From Antechinus flavipes (taxonomy: Eukaryota), in NCBI RefSeq assembly GCF_016432865.1, contig NC_067398.1, positions 721,246,001 to 721,310,000 on the forward strand: a stretch of DNA of 64,000 bases. The letters are read 5' to 3'. Made by a program: the position numbers and the translations under genes. Below the pieces are notes generated by a model. That model was not told the DNA's origin, did not search any database, and saw nothing but the letters and a program-made list of their open reading frames with translations. Shown in pieces: positions 24,501 to 37,219 of the stretch (the first letter of the stretch is position 1; each line of letters starts with the position of its first letter).

Positions 24501-26200
24501 TTTATTTTTCAACCTGGTCATTCCAGCCAAACTGTTCCCTCCAAAGTAATGACCCCGTGGCCTTTCCTCCGTCCCCCCCGAGTCTCAGCAGTCTGACACT
24601 CTCCATCCCTCTCTCCTCCCTCTGCCTTCAGGCTCTCTGGGCTCTCCTCCTCCCTCTCTGAGCTCTCTCTCCCTGTTCTCCTGCCTCCACCCCTTCCTGC
24701 TCTAATACAAGCCATCTATTCCCTTTAGTGATTGCCTGAATCGCAGGTCTGATCATGTCTTCCCCCAAACTTAACAAACAAATAAAAACTCTTTCATTTG
24801 GCCTCCACCCCCTTTCTCTTTTCCTCTTCCCTCTGGCAGGATCTCTCCGCAGGTTCGCCCCTCCCACAGATAACATCTGTCTATGGAAGAGTGAGCCCCA
24901 CGTTTGGGGGGAGCTTCTGTTGTAAATCTTCCCTCCGAAATGCTTCCAGAAATGATCTCTCTCCATCTCGCTCTCCGTGTTCACATAAAGGGGATTTGCC
25001 AAGTTTCTTGGTGAAATCCAGACAAACTATTAATAGGATTCACCTGCTCGGACACACAGATTGTACGAGATGCATAATGAACGAAGCTTCGGAACTCCAA
25101 AGTGGAGACCCTCCTCCTGCTGCGGTAGCCGCCACCTCTGGGATTTATGACCAGAACCCCCCGGGCGCATGGGGGCCACATGTCAGGGCTGAGGCTCCTT
25201 TGAACCTGGTCTTTTCCAGCTCCAAGGGTGGGCCTTTATCCTCCATCATCCATGGATGGAGCACTGGACCTGGACTCGGAAAGGCTGAAATTCAAAGGCT
25301 CCCTTATTAACTCTATGATTCTGAGCCAATAGAATGCAGTGTCTGGAAGGTTTGAGGTGAAATGCAGCCTCAGACTCGTACTAGGTTTGTGATCCTGGGC
25401 AAGTCACTGCATATCTTTCTACTACACTTTTCTCATCTATAAAGTGGGTTAATACACATGTTCCAGGGCTGTTGTATAATAATTGTAAAACTCTAGCACA
25501 ATGTCTGGTACATGGTAAGAACTATATAAACATTAGTTATTATTGTTGTTGTTGTTGTTTAGCACAGTACCTGGCACATAGTAGGTACTGTATAAATGCT
25601 TGCTCACTAAACTTGACATATCCAAGCCCTTGTAACTGTAAGCAAGGATATTTAATTATTAGAGAAAAAAGACATCAATTCTGAAATAATTATCTAGTGT
25701 AAGTTAATTAGAACAGAGCAAAAAGGAGATGTCTAGAGAAAACTGGGTGGTTCTGAGACATCTATTATTCGATGCCTGTGAGCCTCTCTGGGATCTCCAC
25801 TCCCTCCCACAATGCAACTGGCTCCCTTATAGACCCCCAAAGAGAAGGGCATCCGGGGCACAGGGATTTCCCTCCATCCTATGCCTTCCTTCTAGGTTTT
25901 CTTTTTCAAAGAAGTTTTTGGTGATGTCTTTTGTTTTTTAATAAGTTCAGAATCTCCCCTAGTATCCTTCCCTCTCCTCCTAAAGAGATGTCTCACAAAA
26001 ATAAATAGCTTTTTAAAAAATAAAAGAAAAAAGAAAAAGAAGAAAAAAATCATCATGACCGATGAACAGTGGAAAAAATTGACAACATGGGTCATGTCCA
26101 TCACCTGTGGCTCCCCCACCTCTGCCAAGGGATACACTGAGGATTTGACTTTTTGGTTCCTCTTTGGGGCCCACTCCTCTAGATACCGCTTTGCCTTTGG

Positions 26201-26251
<51 letters not shown>

Positions 26252-27599
26252 CTCCCCATTTCCACTGTTGTACTTATTGTAGTTGTGGTTTCTTGGCCCT
26301 TTTGAGATCACACATTGCATCACTTCATGTAAGTCTTCCCAGGTTTCTCTATAATCTTTATATTACATTCCATTACGCTTGTGGGCACCCCCCAATCAAT
26401 GGCCATTGATTTTGCTCCAAATCCCTTTACTTATCATCATTTGCAATCAATATTTTGGTGACTTGGGGACCTTTTCTTTTTTGCTAATGATCTCCTTGCG
26501 GTAGAAATCCAGTCATGGAATCTTTGACATTGTGTCCTAGTCTGTTTTCTAGCCTAGTTCCTGAGTTTAGCCCACTGCATGTAGTAGGTACTTAAGTGTT
26601 TATTAAATGACTTTTTTTGACTCCTGCCATGGCCCTTCTCCGGAACCCTCCTCATATCCCAATGTCTGGAGCTGCCACTTTTGCCTTCTGAACTGGAAGC
26701 TTCCAACCTCCTGGCTAATCGGTGCCCCCATGTTTGTAACTAGCCAGATCCAGCTGAGAAGGAGCCCCTTGAATCGCAGGGTTGCTGTGAGATGCCTTGA
26801 AGGATGCCCCCAGGAGACTTAGACCACTAGGAACTCCCCCATTTCTTCCAGGCCCTAAAGTCTTGCCAACATTTTGGGTCATCCCTTCTTGGTCCCTTTT
26901 CTGGAGTCATTAGTCAGCTTCTTGCTAGAGGTGGAATGTGTGAGGGGGTATAGGGCTCCTTGAGTCTGGATGCCCACGTGGGTCCTGAGCTGCTCTGGTC
27001 CCTTTTCTTACCTGTCCCCTTCTTCTGTGGGTGTCTGCAGCTGAAGCTCAAACACCCTCAGCCCTCGGCCAGTCACTCGCAGCCTGGATCATCAGATCCC
27101 TCAGATTATCCCAGGAAGCTGCTGCTCAGGGAAGAATCACTCCCTTCTCTGCTCATGTCTGCTATTTCCTGGGCTAGCCCTGGGAGGGATCCTCTCTAGA
27201 AGGGGGATTATACATCTTTCTCTCAGGGCTCCAGGAGAGGTGGGTAAACCCTTGATCTCTGGGGAGAGAGTATTGATCCTCACTTCAGAGGATTTGGGTT
27301 CAAATCTGGCTTGTGTAATCTTGAGCAAGTCCCTCTACTTCCTTTCCTCATCTGTAGAATGGGTGGATTGGACCAATTGCTCTCTAGTCTCTCCTAGAGA
27401 AAGGAATTGAATCTGACTAATAATCAGAGTGCCACCTCGTGGCCTTTTGGGATATTTCTATGAAATGAAAGATCTGAAGAAAGACCCTGGGATTTATCTG
27501 GGGGCTGTGCAAACGCCTCTGGGCTTGCTCAGGAGAATCACCAAGTGGGGAGCCCCGGGGAAGCTGGAGTCTCAAAGATGAAAATAACTCTTTGAAAAT

Positions 27600-29250
27600 T
27601 AGAATCGGGCAAGGGGAAGCCAGTGAAGCTGTGAGAGACCAAGACATAACAAAATAGATTCTAAAGAATGAAAAAATAGAACAGAATGTGAAACATTTTG
27701 TAAGAAGGACAACAGATCAAGAAAAGAAAATATAAGAATAATTGGACTGCCTAAAAGTTGTGACTGAAAAAAGAACCTTGATACAATAATGCAGGGAATA
27801 ATCCAAGAAAATGGTCCTGGAGTGATAGAACATGAGAGGAAAGTAGAAATAGGAAAAAATCCACCAATAACAACCTCAATGAGATCCTTTGTGGAAAACA
27901 CATAGGAATGTTATTGCCAAATTTCGAAACCCCCAGATTACAGAAAAAAATTGCAAGCAACAAGAAAAAAAAAAACAAATCAATTATACTGGAACTACAA
28001 TTATAATTGTACAGGACTTAGCCACAATAAAAGTCCATAGGTCTGGAATAATATCTACAAACCATCAAAAGAACTAGGCCTGTGGCCAAAAATATCACAT
28101 CCAGTAAAATTATCTATACTATTGAATGAGAAAAAATGGACATTCAATTAACTTACAGATTTTCAGGACTTTCTATCAACTAAACCTGAACTTCGTAGAA
28201 AATTAAACACGTAAGAGCTAATATCAACGATCACTGTCAAGGAACTCAACATGGATAAATTGGTTTTTTTACATGGGAAATTTATAGCATATGTTTAATA
28301 GAAATAGAAATTTAACACATAAGAGTTAATATCAAAGATCACTTGTAAAGAACTCAACATGGGTAAATTATTTTTTTGCATGGGAAATTTATAGCATATG
28401 TTTAAGATTGACATCAACAATATAACAACTCAAAAGAAAGACTGGGGCAGAGTTAAGGTAAAAATAGTAATTATATTATACAAATGAGCTGCAGAGGAAG
28501 AATAGACACAGGCTTTAGAAGGGGGCGGAAGGCTCTTTGTTCTGAAAACCTACTCACTTCAGGAATGGGTTAAATAGGCAATACTATATATATATACCAT
28601 GAAGGTATAGCACCCTCCAAAATCTATTTTAAAAAGAGGGGAGGAATGCATAGACGAGGAAGCAAAGGGTGAGGGGAGAAAAACAAGAGAGGGATCCTTG
28701 GGTAGGGGGAAGTTAAATAATAGCAAGGCAAGTTGAAAAGTGGAATTAAAACAAAGGGTTAGCAGGGATGGGAAAGATATATGTATGTGTATGTGAGGAT
28801 ACGTATGTGTATGTATATATATGTATCTATCTACACAAGTATAATAAATATGTCCTTTTTAACTTTAGCATGCTGGAAGGGAAATGAAAAAGGGAAAAAG
28901 AATAAAGTAAATAAGGTGCACAGCAGAGAACAAAAGAAAAAGAGAACAAAACATTCATGAGGAAGTAAAGAAAAGATGGGCACTCATGAATNNNNNNNNN
29001 NNNNNNNNNNNNNNNNNNNNNNNNNNNNNNNNNNNNNNNNNNNNNNNNNNNNNNNNNNNNNNNNNNNNNNNNNNNNNNNNNNNNNNNNNNNNNNNNNNNN
29101 NNNNNNNNNNNNNNNNNNNTTGTATATTTTAAATCCTGCCTGATGTTCTGCTGGACACAGGACAAGGTTCTCTTTTGTTTTATTTTGTTTTGCATTCCTT
29201 TTCTGGTTTTCTTATTCTGTTTTTTTAATAAAATAAAATTTAAAAAAAGA
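27600..29250 (+). mobile_element. ORF1-only L1-like element (HAL1-type), degenerate
   Basis: ORF1p motifs NIRIIGLP..D*KKNLDTIMQGIIQEN, RNVIAKF, QDLA, KPELRRK, then about 1 kb non-coding sequence and an A-tail with no ORF2; about 108-bp tandem duplication at 28213-28405. Confidence 0.7.
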
Positions 29251-30099
29251 AATCTGTTTGAAGCAATTCTACAAAAACCAAATCAAACCAAAACAGGTGG
29301 ACTAAGGCTATCCCTACTTGTAAATGCTTGAAATAATAAAAGTACCAAAAAAAAGGTAAAAAGTAAGAATAATAACTAAGATTTGTGCAAAGTTCTAAGG
29401 TTGCATATCATTCATAGATAGACATATCTCTGTGTGTATCTTGTGTCTCTGTGTGTGTGACTTCTCATTCATCCTTTTAGCCACTCTGGAAGAACACTTA
29501 GTATCCAAGGATGACGGCACGAGTCTGGAGGCTGCAGAGGCTGATTTAGGATGGAAATCCAGAGGCCTTGGGAAGGGGCTCTGTCCAGAATAGGCAGGAA
29601 CACTTTCCTTGAAGGCCTGGGGACCTTCCTCCAGCTGAGGCTGGAGCACCACTTTTCAAGCATCTCACAAGGGGGATTCCCTTTGAGTGTGGGTTGCTCT
29701 GAATGCTCTGTGCTCCTTTCCGGCTCTCAGCCGTTAATGCTGAAGCAGCATGCCCCAGATCAAGTGCAGAGGGGGCCATCTATCCCTCTGTCCCACTGGC
29801 TTTTTCTCCAACATACTCCCTTCCAGTTTAGACAATAGGGAAGAATTGGAGGGTATAAGAGAAAAGGAGAATCATGTTATAGTTTCTGCAAAAATAGCAA
29901 CATAATGTTTCTATTTAAAATAGTAAAGAAAACTCATTTATTCAATTGAATAATCAAACAGAAATCCGAGTATACAGGTGAATATATACCAATTAACAGA
30001 GAGTGAAGGATTTCTCCCCTGGGAACAACATCAATCATATTTCTATTTTAAATATTTTTAAAAAGATACAAAAAGTCTCTACTGGATCAGTCTTCTGTA

Positions 30100-30705
30100 A
30101 AAGAAGGATGTGCGAAAATGTTTGTGGCAGCCCTTTCTGTAGTGGCAAAGAACTGGAAACTGGAAACTCAATTGGAGAATGACCAAATAAGTTATACTGT
30201 GTGAAAATAGGAAATGAGCAGACTGATTTCAGAAAACTTGGAAAGATTTACATGAACCGATGCTCAGAGAAGTGAGCAGAGTCAGGAGAACATTGTACAC
30301 AGCAACAGCAAGATTATGTGATGTGACGATCAATTCTGATGGACGTGGCTCTTTTCAACAATGAGGTGATTGGAGGCAATTCTAATAGACAGCATGGAGA
30401 AAGTCAGAGAACCACGGAAACTGAACGTGGATCACAACACGGTATTTTCACCTTTTTTGTGGTTGTTTGCTTGCTTTTTTTTCTTTCTTGGGCTTTTTTC
30501 CCTTTTTGATCTGATTTTTCTTGTGCATCATAATGAATATGGAAATGTATTTAGAAGAATTGCCCAATACTGGATTTCTTGTTGTCTTGGGGAAGAGGGA
30601 AAGGAGAGGGAGAAAAGTTTGGAACACAATGTTTTGCAAAGATGAATGTTGAAAAGTATCCTTGCATGCATTTGGAAAAATAAAATACTATTCAAATAAA
30701 AAAAA
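30100..30705 (+). mobile_element. 5'-truncated L1 3' end
   Basis: MFVAALSVVAKNWKL ORF2 C-terminal motif, 3' UTR and A-tail. Confidence 0.85.
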
Positions 30706-32949
30706 GAACACCAAAAGTTGGACATCATTGGTTACTTGTGTGTCCATGAGAGAAGTATATTGTGACTTTGACTTTGGTATTAGAATTTCATCTAGTTTCA
30801 TGTATTCATGAGAAATTAAGCACCAATTGTTTAATGTTTAAATATTAATCATTAATTTCAGTGTTTATTAAATAATACTCAGTAGCTAAATATGAAGCAC
30901 ACTTTATCAATGAGCATTTATTATTTATTTACTTATTAGCAGGCACTTATTGAATTGAAAATTCAATGTCTGTTTCGTTGTGGAGTAATTTGCCATTTCC
31001 TTCTCCGGCTACTTTACAGATGAGGAAACTGAGGCAAATAGGATGAAGTGGCTTTGGCCAGAGTTACATAGCTTGAGGTCTCTACATCTGGTACTCTATC
31101 CTCTGTTCCACCTTGTTGTCCCATAATAAATATTTATTGCATAGAATTGAAAATTAAGTACCTACCGTGTGCCCTAGTGGGGAGTACCCAGTATGGTACC
31201 TGCACACAGTGGGTACTTAATTTTCAATTCTATCTGTCATGAATGCAATTCTGCTTCCTTCAAATAGCTAACGGGATTCTGCATTAAAAGGTTTTTAGAA
31301 GCACTTTACATGTTAATTCTTTAGAGCATACCAACAATCATGGGGGAGAAATACAGTAATTATCCCCATTTTATAGATGAGGAAACTGAGTCATAGTGAC
31401 TCAGAACTGGGACTTTGGCGGTCATGGAGTCCAACCATACACCACAGGCTATACCATGCTGGACTCAGAGTCGCGGTCCATCGTTCCAGCGTGGCCTGAG
31501 GTCCGCAGTGGAGTGCCCAGGGATCTGCGTCCCAGGGCCCCAAACGCTGGATTCACTGTGACTTGGATTAAAGGCAAGATTTTGTGTTTATCAATGAGCT
31601 GGGTGGGCTGGGCAACATGCCGGGTAAGAGAGAAGAAACGAGAGCGACCCGGGGAGCAGAGAATTCCAGGCTGAAGTTGAGTGAGACTGAAATGGGGGTG
31701 AGGGATGAAGAATCCTTCCAGGTCAGGTTCAGCAGTGGGTTTCATGAAGGCCAAATGGGGCTGGACAGAAGTCGTTGGGAAATTGGGGGCTTCAGGAGCT
31801 GCCTGACCACCAGGAGCCAGTGGGTGATACACGGATGGCGGAGCTGGAGACCGGCCAGGCTGTGCCCTTAGAGAGGCAGAGAAGGGGCAGCTCCTGCCAG
31901 CTGTCGGGCCCACGCCTGATGTGCTGAGCCCATATGTCTCTGTCTGTCTCTCTTTTTATCTGTCTCTGAATCTCTCTGTCTGTCTGTCTGTCTCTCTCTC
32001 TCTCACACACACACACAGAGATTATCTATGGCTCAGATTTAGGCTCTCTGAAAGCCTTTCCCATTCCTTCGGAATCTTAGAGCCTTCGGCTTGAGACTAC
32101 CCCGAATTTAGCCAGCCTGGGCTTTGTACTGTGTGAGTACAGCGTGAGCTCAGTAAATTACCCACCCAGCTCGGAGTCAGGAATACCTGAGTTCCTATCC
32201 AGCCTCAGACACCGACATGACCCTGGGCAAGCCGCTTCATCCTGTTTGCCTCAGTTTCCTCATCTGTCAAACGAGCTGGAGAAGGGAATGGCAAACTATT
32301 CCACAGAGAGTCAAGCATTCAATTTTCAATTCAATAAACATTTATCAATCACTTACTAATAAATACATAATAAATGCTTGTTGATAGAGAATAGTTTTTA
32401 TTTTTCTATTGATTAAAATTTAAATGCACATGAATACATTAAGGAAATGGCAAACCCTTTTAGTATCTGCAAAGCAAACACCAAATAGAGCCAAGAAGAG
32501 TCAGTCATGGCCGAATGATAACCATGCTGCTGAATGTAGTTGTTTGACTATTGCCTTCCCTGTCCAAGTATGAGCTCCTTAGGAACGGGGACTAACTTTT
32601 GCCTTTCTTTGTACAGTCAGTGCTAAACGTGCAGCGCCTGGCATGCAGTAGGCACTTAAATGTGCATATTAACTGCCTTCTAGAAGAGATACCTTCATCC
32701 CTATGTGGGAATCAGGCACAAAACAGAAGCTTATTTCCTCCATCACAGATGTGGTTTCAGACACAGTCAAGTGACTTCTCTGGGTTGTGTGTAGACTAAT
32801 CTCCTTGGGGGGGAGACGGGGGAGGAGATTCACTTCTGACCTCTCCACACTTCTGGTTAGAAGGGATGATGAAGGGTTTCCAAAGGAAAAATAAGTCAAA
32901 CTTTAATGAAGAAGCGAGGGCCCTGAGATGGAAGAGGAGCGATTTGAGG

Positions 32950-33960
32950 CTGGCCAGGATGTCCCAGAATGGACCTATCGAATCCAGAAGGAAGGACAGA
33001 GAAAAACTAGCTGAGCCATTCAGGCTGAAAAACAGCTTGGAGCCTCTTGGTGAAGATCAAGGAGCCGACGCTCTGCAGAGAAACAAGCTGCTTTTCCCAA
33101 GAATGGCCCCAAGGCCCCAAAAGCCACGACAAAGGGACGAGGGCGGCAGAGGGTCCTTTGCTGTGTGTCGGGCACAGGAAAAGCGGAGAAAGGCAAAAGC
33201 AGCCCAAGAAAGAAGAGGAATGACTGTTGGCTACTCCGGGGCCAGCTCTCTGTCAACCTGATGACTACATTAGAGAGGGCAACTCTCCAAGACTGCATGG
33301 AAAATCTGCCAAGTCTTCTCAGAACAGATGGCCACCCACTGCCGGTGATTCACTTGGGCACAGACTGTTCTTCCAGGAAAAGTATTGATCGCACTGATCC
33401 AATTAGGCTAACCACGACTCAGAACGACAAGGGAGGAAGCGCCAGCCCCTCCCGAGACGGGCCATGAATCACCCGCCCCCTCCTGAAATGGGCCGTGAAG
33501 TGCCAGCCTTCTCCTGGCATGCCAGGGAGGACAGAGACATGGGTTTGGGGGGCACGGCCAAAGTGGGAATGATTTGCTTGATCACACATTAACGTTTATA
33601 ACAAAAGCTTTGGTTTTCTTTTGTTCTGCATAATATGACACTGGAAGCCGGAGTGAGGGCAAGAAGGCAGATTTAATTGATTGGAAGCAACTAAAAGATA
33701 ATTTCAGGAAAACATCTTAAGGTCTGGGCAAAAAACTGACAACCAGCAGAACAGGACACATTTTCCTCACGGGTTCCATGTAAGGGAAGGTAGCAGGAAA
33801 AAAATATAGATTAATTTGGGACGTGAACAGCTGGTTGAAAATGTGGAATCTGAAAATGTGATTAGAAAGATCTTGGGACTGTGGCTTAAAACACAGATCC
33901 GAGAGATTCTTGATAGTCTGGTTAAACATTTCAAGGACATCTTACACATCTAATTAAAAA
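32950..33960 (+). pseudogene. CR1/L3 LINE ORF1 remnant with SGNH/GDSL esterase domain (frameshifted, interrupted at about 33400-33700)
   Basis: RLKNSLEPL, RRGMTVGYS (block I, GDS-like), CQPDDYIRE, ATLQDCMENLPSLLRTDGHPLPVIHLGTD (block III), GLGKKL, QDTFSSRVPCKGR, IWDVNSWLKMW (33814), WDCGLKH, DILH (33936, block V), all in CR1 ORF1 order. Confidence 0.78.
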
Positions 33961-35379
33961 GACATTGAAAAGCACAAAGAGGGAGAAGACTGTATATTCC
34001 CTGAGTTAGAAACCGTAAAGAGCAGTGCCAGATAATCATGATAATAATAACTAGCCAATATACTGCCTGCTATGTGCCAGACACTGTGCTAAATGTTTTA
34101 TATTCGCTATTCCATTTGATCCTCACAACAGACCCGGGGAGAGAGGGGCAATTATTACCCCCATTTTACAGATGAGGAAGCTGAGATAAACAGGTCGAAG
34201 GACTTGCCCAGTTTATACCGTAGCAGCTACTTTAGGTTACATTTGAACTCAAATCTTCCCGACTCCACGCCCTGAGCTCTGTCCCTCAGACTAGGTGGGA
34301 TGAAACCCACGGTTCTGGAGGAATGTGCCTTGTTCAGAGGAAGGACAGAGTTTAACCTCTGTGAGACTGACGCTGCACTGGGGACGGGGAGGGAAGGGAG
34401 GCCAGGAGAAAAATCTGGAACACAAAGTTTTATAAAAATGAATGCAAAGGGCAGGAATTCCGCGGGGCTGTTTTACTCCTACAAAAGGTGGGACCCAGTG
34501 GAATTGATAAGACGAAACTGATCTAGTTTAGCTTGTGAGTTCTCTAGTTCAGTATGACGGATTTAGTCCTAAAACAAGGTGTTAAGTCAGGAGAATTAAG
34601 ATAATGATTCTCTCCTACCTAGTTCTGCAAGATTGACATCTATGAGGATGTAAGTATAATAGAGTATAGAAGAGCTAAGAACTCTGGGAGGGAGGACAGA
34701 CTTCAAGACACAGGCCTCGCGGTGGCTCTCCCGCCTCCTGCTTCCCCCACTGAAAGCCAGCCCCGGTCCGGGCGGTTCCAGCTGAAGGAGACAGCCTGGG
34801 AAGGGTAGATGCTGAGCCCCCCCAGAGCCCGCCCAGTCCTTCACCTGTCTTTCCTTGAGCCCAGGGCTTAACAGTGTCTGGCAAACAGTAGGTGCCTAAT
34901 TAATACTGGACTGACTGACTAGCAAATTCTTAGGAAACACAAAAAGATTTGGCGGCTGGTGGCAAAATGAAGCGAGACCGGAGAACAATTTGTGCAGTAA
35001 CAACCATCGTGTTCCGGAGCGTCGTCTTAACTTGGAGAGACTTGGGAGCTGGTCAGGGGAATGACCAGCGAGGGCGCACAGTAGACACAGCCCCGGGGGG
35101 AGGCAGGAAGACCCGACACCTTCCCGTTCTGTGGGACCCTGGGCAGGTGCTTAGAGATAAAAGACAAAAGTCCCGATTTTCCAAAAAAGACCCCCCCCTT
35201 GGCCTCCATTTCCAGCACCATGAAGGATAGGATGAAGGGGCGAGGGTCGGAGCGGAGGACACGCGGGGTGACCCTGAAGACACTGCTGGCAGCGCCGTCA
35301 TCAAGTGACATTTACTGAGCGCCTACTAGGTGCCGGGCGGTGCTACAGAGAAAGATGCTTCGGACAGGCTTTGAATCAA

Positions 35380-36500
35380 GCCAGTGATGACCCCCCCCCC
35401 GGGTCCCCGGGTTTGGGGAATTGGCCAAACAAGGTGGGGGGGGAGCAGATGTAAAACAAAAGCTAAGACTCGATGCGAGCTCCCGCGACCGCTCTATACC
35501 CCATCTGTAAATAGGCCCAACAGCGCCCTCGGCCGGGCAGTGCGCGCCGCGCGAGACTGGGCGAGTCAGGGTTGGAGGGCGGGGGCCACGGAGAATCCCA
35601 CTCTTCCTCCCCCCCCCCCCCCCCCCCCCCCGCGCCCCTGCACACGCGCATTTAGGCTTAGTGTCGGGAGGAACTGGGGCTTTCCAGAGCTTGGCGCCTT
35701 CAATCACCGGGCTATGGATCCCGCCCAGTTAGGAAGCCCCCACCTTTTTTTCCCTCTCCTCAGGGAGGCTCGTGCCCAACCCGCCCCTTCCCCCTCCCGC
35801 CCCCCACCAGACCGCCGTTTGCGCCTCAGCAGTTCCTCTTTCGGGCCTCGCCCTCGCGCTTTTCCACGGCTTGCCTTTCACGCAAGCGCAGTAGCCTCGC
35901 GCCTTGCGTCCCGCGCCTCGAGCCTCGTGGCGTGCTCCCTGCGCGCGCACCTCGACCCGGCTCAGCCAATGAGAGGCGGCGTTCGGGCAGTTCGGCCAAT
36001 CAGCGGCCGGAACTCCTCAGGCGGCACGCACCGAATCTCGGCGCGCCCTCAGTCGGTTGCTGGTCGTTGAGGGCTGAGGTGTCGGTGTTGGCGTCTCATC
36101 ATGGTAGGGGCGGCCGGGCCCCCGCGAACCCCGGGCCCGACCCGCCGCCTTCCTCTCCTTCCTTTTCCTCTCCCTTCTCCTTTTGCTTTTCCCTCTCTGC
36201 CCTGACTCCCACCCCGAGCCGCCCTGGGGAACGGGAAGGGGCAGGGAGGAGAGAGGGGTCTCCTGGAGAATTAAGGAGCTAGGGAGAGTGGAGGGCCCCG
36301 AGGACTGAGACAGGGCGTGGGGGGGAGGCTAGTGCGGGGAGAATCCCAGCGATTCAGGAGGTTCCCCCGACACCCTGAGAAGTCCTCAAGAGGGGCAAGA
36401 TCCCGAGAACTGAGTGGGGCTGGGCGGGGTGCCCCGAGGCTTTGAGGGGGAAACTTCAAAAAACGGACAAGCCCAGCGCGGGGTCTTTGGTTGGGTCTGT
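35380..36500 (+). promoter_or_regulatory. TUBA3: TUBA3 promoter CpG island with two CCAAT boxes (35966-35970, 35996-36000)
   Basis: Dense CpG around the ATG-only first exon; CCAAT motifs 30 bp apart. Confidence 0.8.
36101..36103 (+). CDS. TUBA3: Alpha-tubulin exon 1 (ATG only)
   Basis: CATC ATG|GTAGGG; alpha-tubulin genes classically have an intron right after the initiator codon; completes MREC with exon 2. Confidence 0.85.
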
Positions 36501-37219
36501 GATAAATCAGACGGTGCTGATTGTCCAGAATTGGAGGAGGGGGGGTATTATCCAGGATGAGCGCCGGACCACGAAGCCCCGTGAAGCGCCCCTCTCAGTA
36601 GCAAGACCTTGCTTCGGCTCTGGGGGTGGGGGTGGGGGAGTCTCCTTGGTTGCCAGTGCATAAAAGTTTGGAAGATAAAGTGAGGTTGGGGAAGGCCGGG
36701 GTGAGGTGGGGGAGGGCAGGGGTCACCTGGTCCTCCAGCTGTGAATATCCGCAGAAGTCTTAGGTGACCTCTGAGCCCCCTTTGGCCCCTGACCCAGACA
36801 GTGGCGCGTGTTGTGGGGCCGCTCCTGCATGGGGGTGGGGTGCCTCCACTCTAGGAGAGACATGTGGAAAGAGCTTTGTGAATCCCGGGAGGTGAATGTT
36901 GGCCATTCTTGGCGCTTCTCTTTGGAGATCCCTGTGAGATAGAGGGTGAGGTCCGGTTTACAAAGGAGGAAACTGGGGCTTGCCTGTGGCCTCGCAGCAA
37001 ATAGTACCTGCTAATCGGGATTAGAACTGTTCACTTTACAGAATCCCTTAATATTGACAACAAATGCGGAACTTCAGTGTAACAAGACAATTGTGGGCAA
37101 AGATCCAGAAGGCTCAGATTCCGTACTTAGCCACGGGCAGCAAGTTTTGCAGCCTCTCTGCTCTTATCCTGTAAAATGAGAAAAGTCACTTCCCTAGGCT
37201 GGACATATAATGGTGTTTT

